This document shows positions 62,900-64,000 of a stretch of 64,000 nt of DNA, one piece after another. The DNA is from Podarcis gaigeae (Eukaryota). A program made the position numbers and the translations under genes. Under the pieces are notes generated by a model. It made no database searches and had not been told where the DNA came from. It worked only from the letters and a program-made list of their open reading frames with translations. Numbering within the stretch: position 1 is the first letter of the stretch; every line of letters begins with the position of its first letter. Where the stretch lies: NCBI GenBank assembly GCA_964106915.2, contig OZ066923.1. One strand, 5' to 3'.

Positions 62900-63801
62900 A
62901 TAAAGTGGAATAAGTGGAATAGAAATGTGTAAAACATAGGCATCTGTATTGTTCTAGTACACACATTTCCACAAACATTTCCAAGGAAGTTTCAATGAGA
63001 AATTATAAATGGAGATACAATTTCTTAACACCTATTGAATTGAGAACATCTCTTCTTCTGATGTTCTTTTTCTATTAATAGTTCCAGATCTTTCATGCAC
63101 TGTTACCGAAGAGCTCAGCCTTTCTGTCAGTTTGAGTATTCCCCCAAATTCATACTTTTCAAATCTTCCTTTTGCCTTGGATGGTGAACTAGGCAGAGGC
63201 TTGGGAAACCATGGCAAGAGCATCGGTTAGCTACTTCAGCTCCAGTGACTCTTGCTCATTATGTAGAGGAATTCCATAACATGCAAATGTCTTCCTACCT
63301 GCCTGGTCCCTTACAGGATCAAGCTATTCAGGAGTGTCTGCTAACTGGCTGTCTGAGAACCCTGAGGAAGAGCAACTCCACACCCTGAGGCACTGTGAAG
63401 CCTAATGGTACAATCAATACTGGTATGTAGCCAGACATCAGCACCTATTGGCATTCATCAAGATCAGGGATTCAATCAACACAACTTGATTTATGCGCCA
63501 CACATTTTGTACTCAGCAAACATGGTTGGAAAACTCAGATTGAGCTAGTGACATTAGATGCAGGTTTTTTCCTCTTTAATCTGGGAAGCTACTCTTCTCA
63601 CTTAACGTTTTTTTGTCTGAGGGCTGCTTTCCCTTATGGACAGCTTTCAGGGGTGGGGATGGCACATGCCAATGTTGGCCAGAGGAAAAGGCAGAAAGAG
63701 TAAAAAAGACATCTATTATCTTGGGTACAGTAGGCTACATTCAAGTCATACATGCCAAAGCTTTCTAAACATTCCATATGCAACATACAAAACATACTTA
63801 C

Positions 63802-63921
63802 TTGCAGATGCTTCATATTGTCAATAGCCAAGATGAAAACCTCATTAACAGGAAACAAAACATCTATTTCACGTTTCAACACAACAGCAGAGGACTCACA
63901 CACCTTCTTTGTCTCCCATAT
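63802..63921 (-). CDS. APAF1: APAF1 WD40 exon (IWETKKVCESSAVVLKREIDVLFPVNEVFILAIDNMKHLQ)
   Basis: ttcttctcttcaacag acceptor, CAA|gtaagt donor, 120 nt; similar to human LWETKKVCKNSAVMLKQEVDVVF. Confidence 0.94.
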
Positions 63922-64000
63922 CTGTTGAAGAGAAGAAGAATATAGCAGAAGTTCTGCAATGTCAAAAATTTATGACTTTAGGGCACAAATTGGAAGTTTG

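Overview
Vertebrate nuclear DNA, very probably a squamate lizard (a full-length Sauria SINE suggests a lacertid). The window holds the 3' ends of two convergent genes in the same tail-to-tail arrangement as human 12q23.1. On the + strand are the last nine recognisable coding exons of ANKS1B/AIDA-1 (14547-45765): end of SAM2, linker, a 72-nt cassette exon absent from the ORF track, the PTB domain and the PDZ-binding ...YETTIF terminal exon. On the - strand are the last eight coding exons of APAF1 (63921-54714; WD40 repeats). The rest is intron, UTR or intergenic sequence containing hAT and TcMar MITEs, a decayed hAT transposase, L2/L1/CR1/RTE fragments, SINEs and microsatellites. Most ORF-track entries are spurious. 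I found no convincing new protein-coding system. The best leads are two identical 136-bp hairpin hAT MITEs, a cluster of exon-like units on the - strand between the two genes, a possible alternative ANKS1B last exon next to the APAF1 3' end, and inverted repeats flanking a stop-free 288-nt exon pair. Family assignments and human comparisons are from memory, not database searches.
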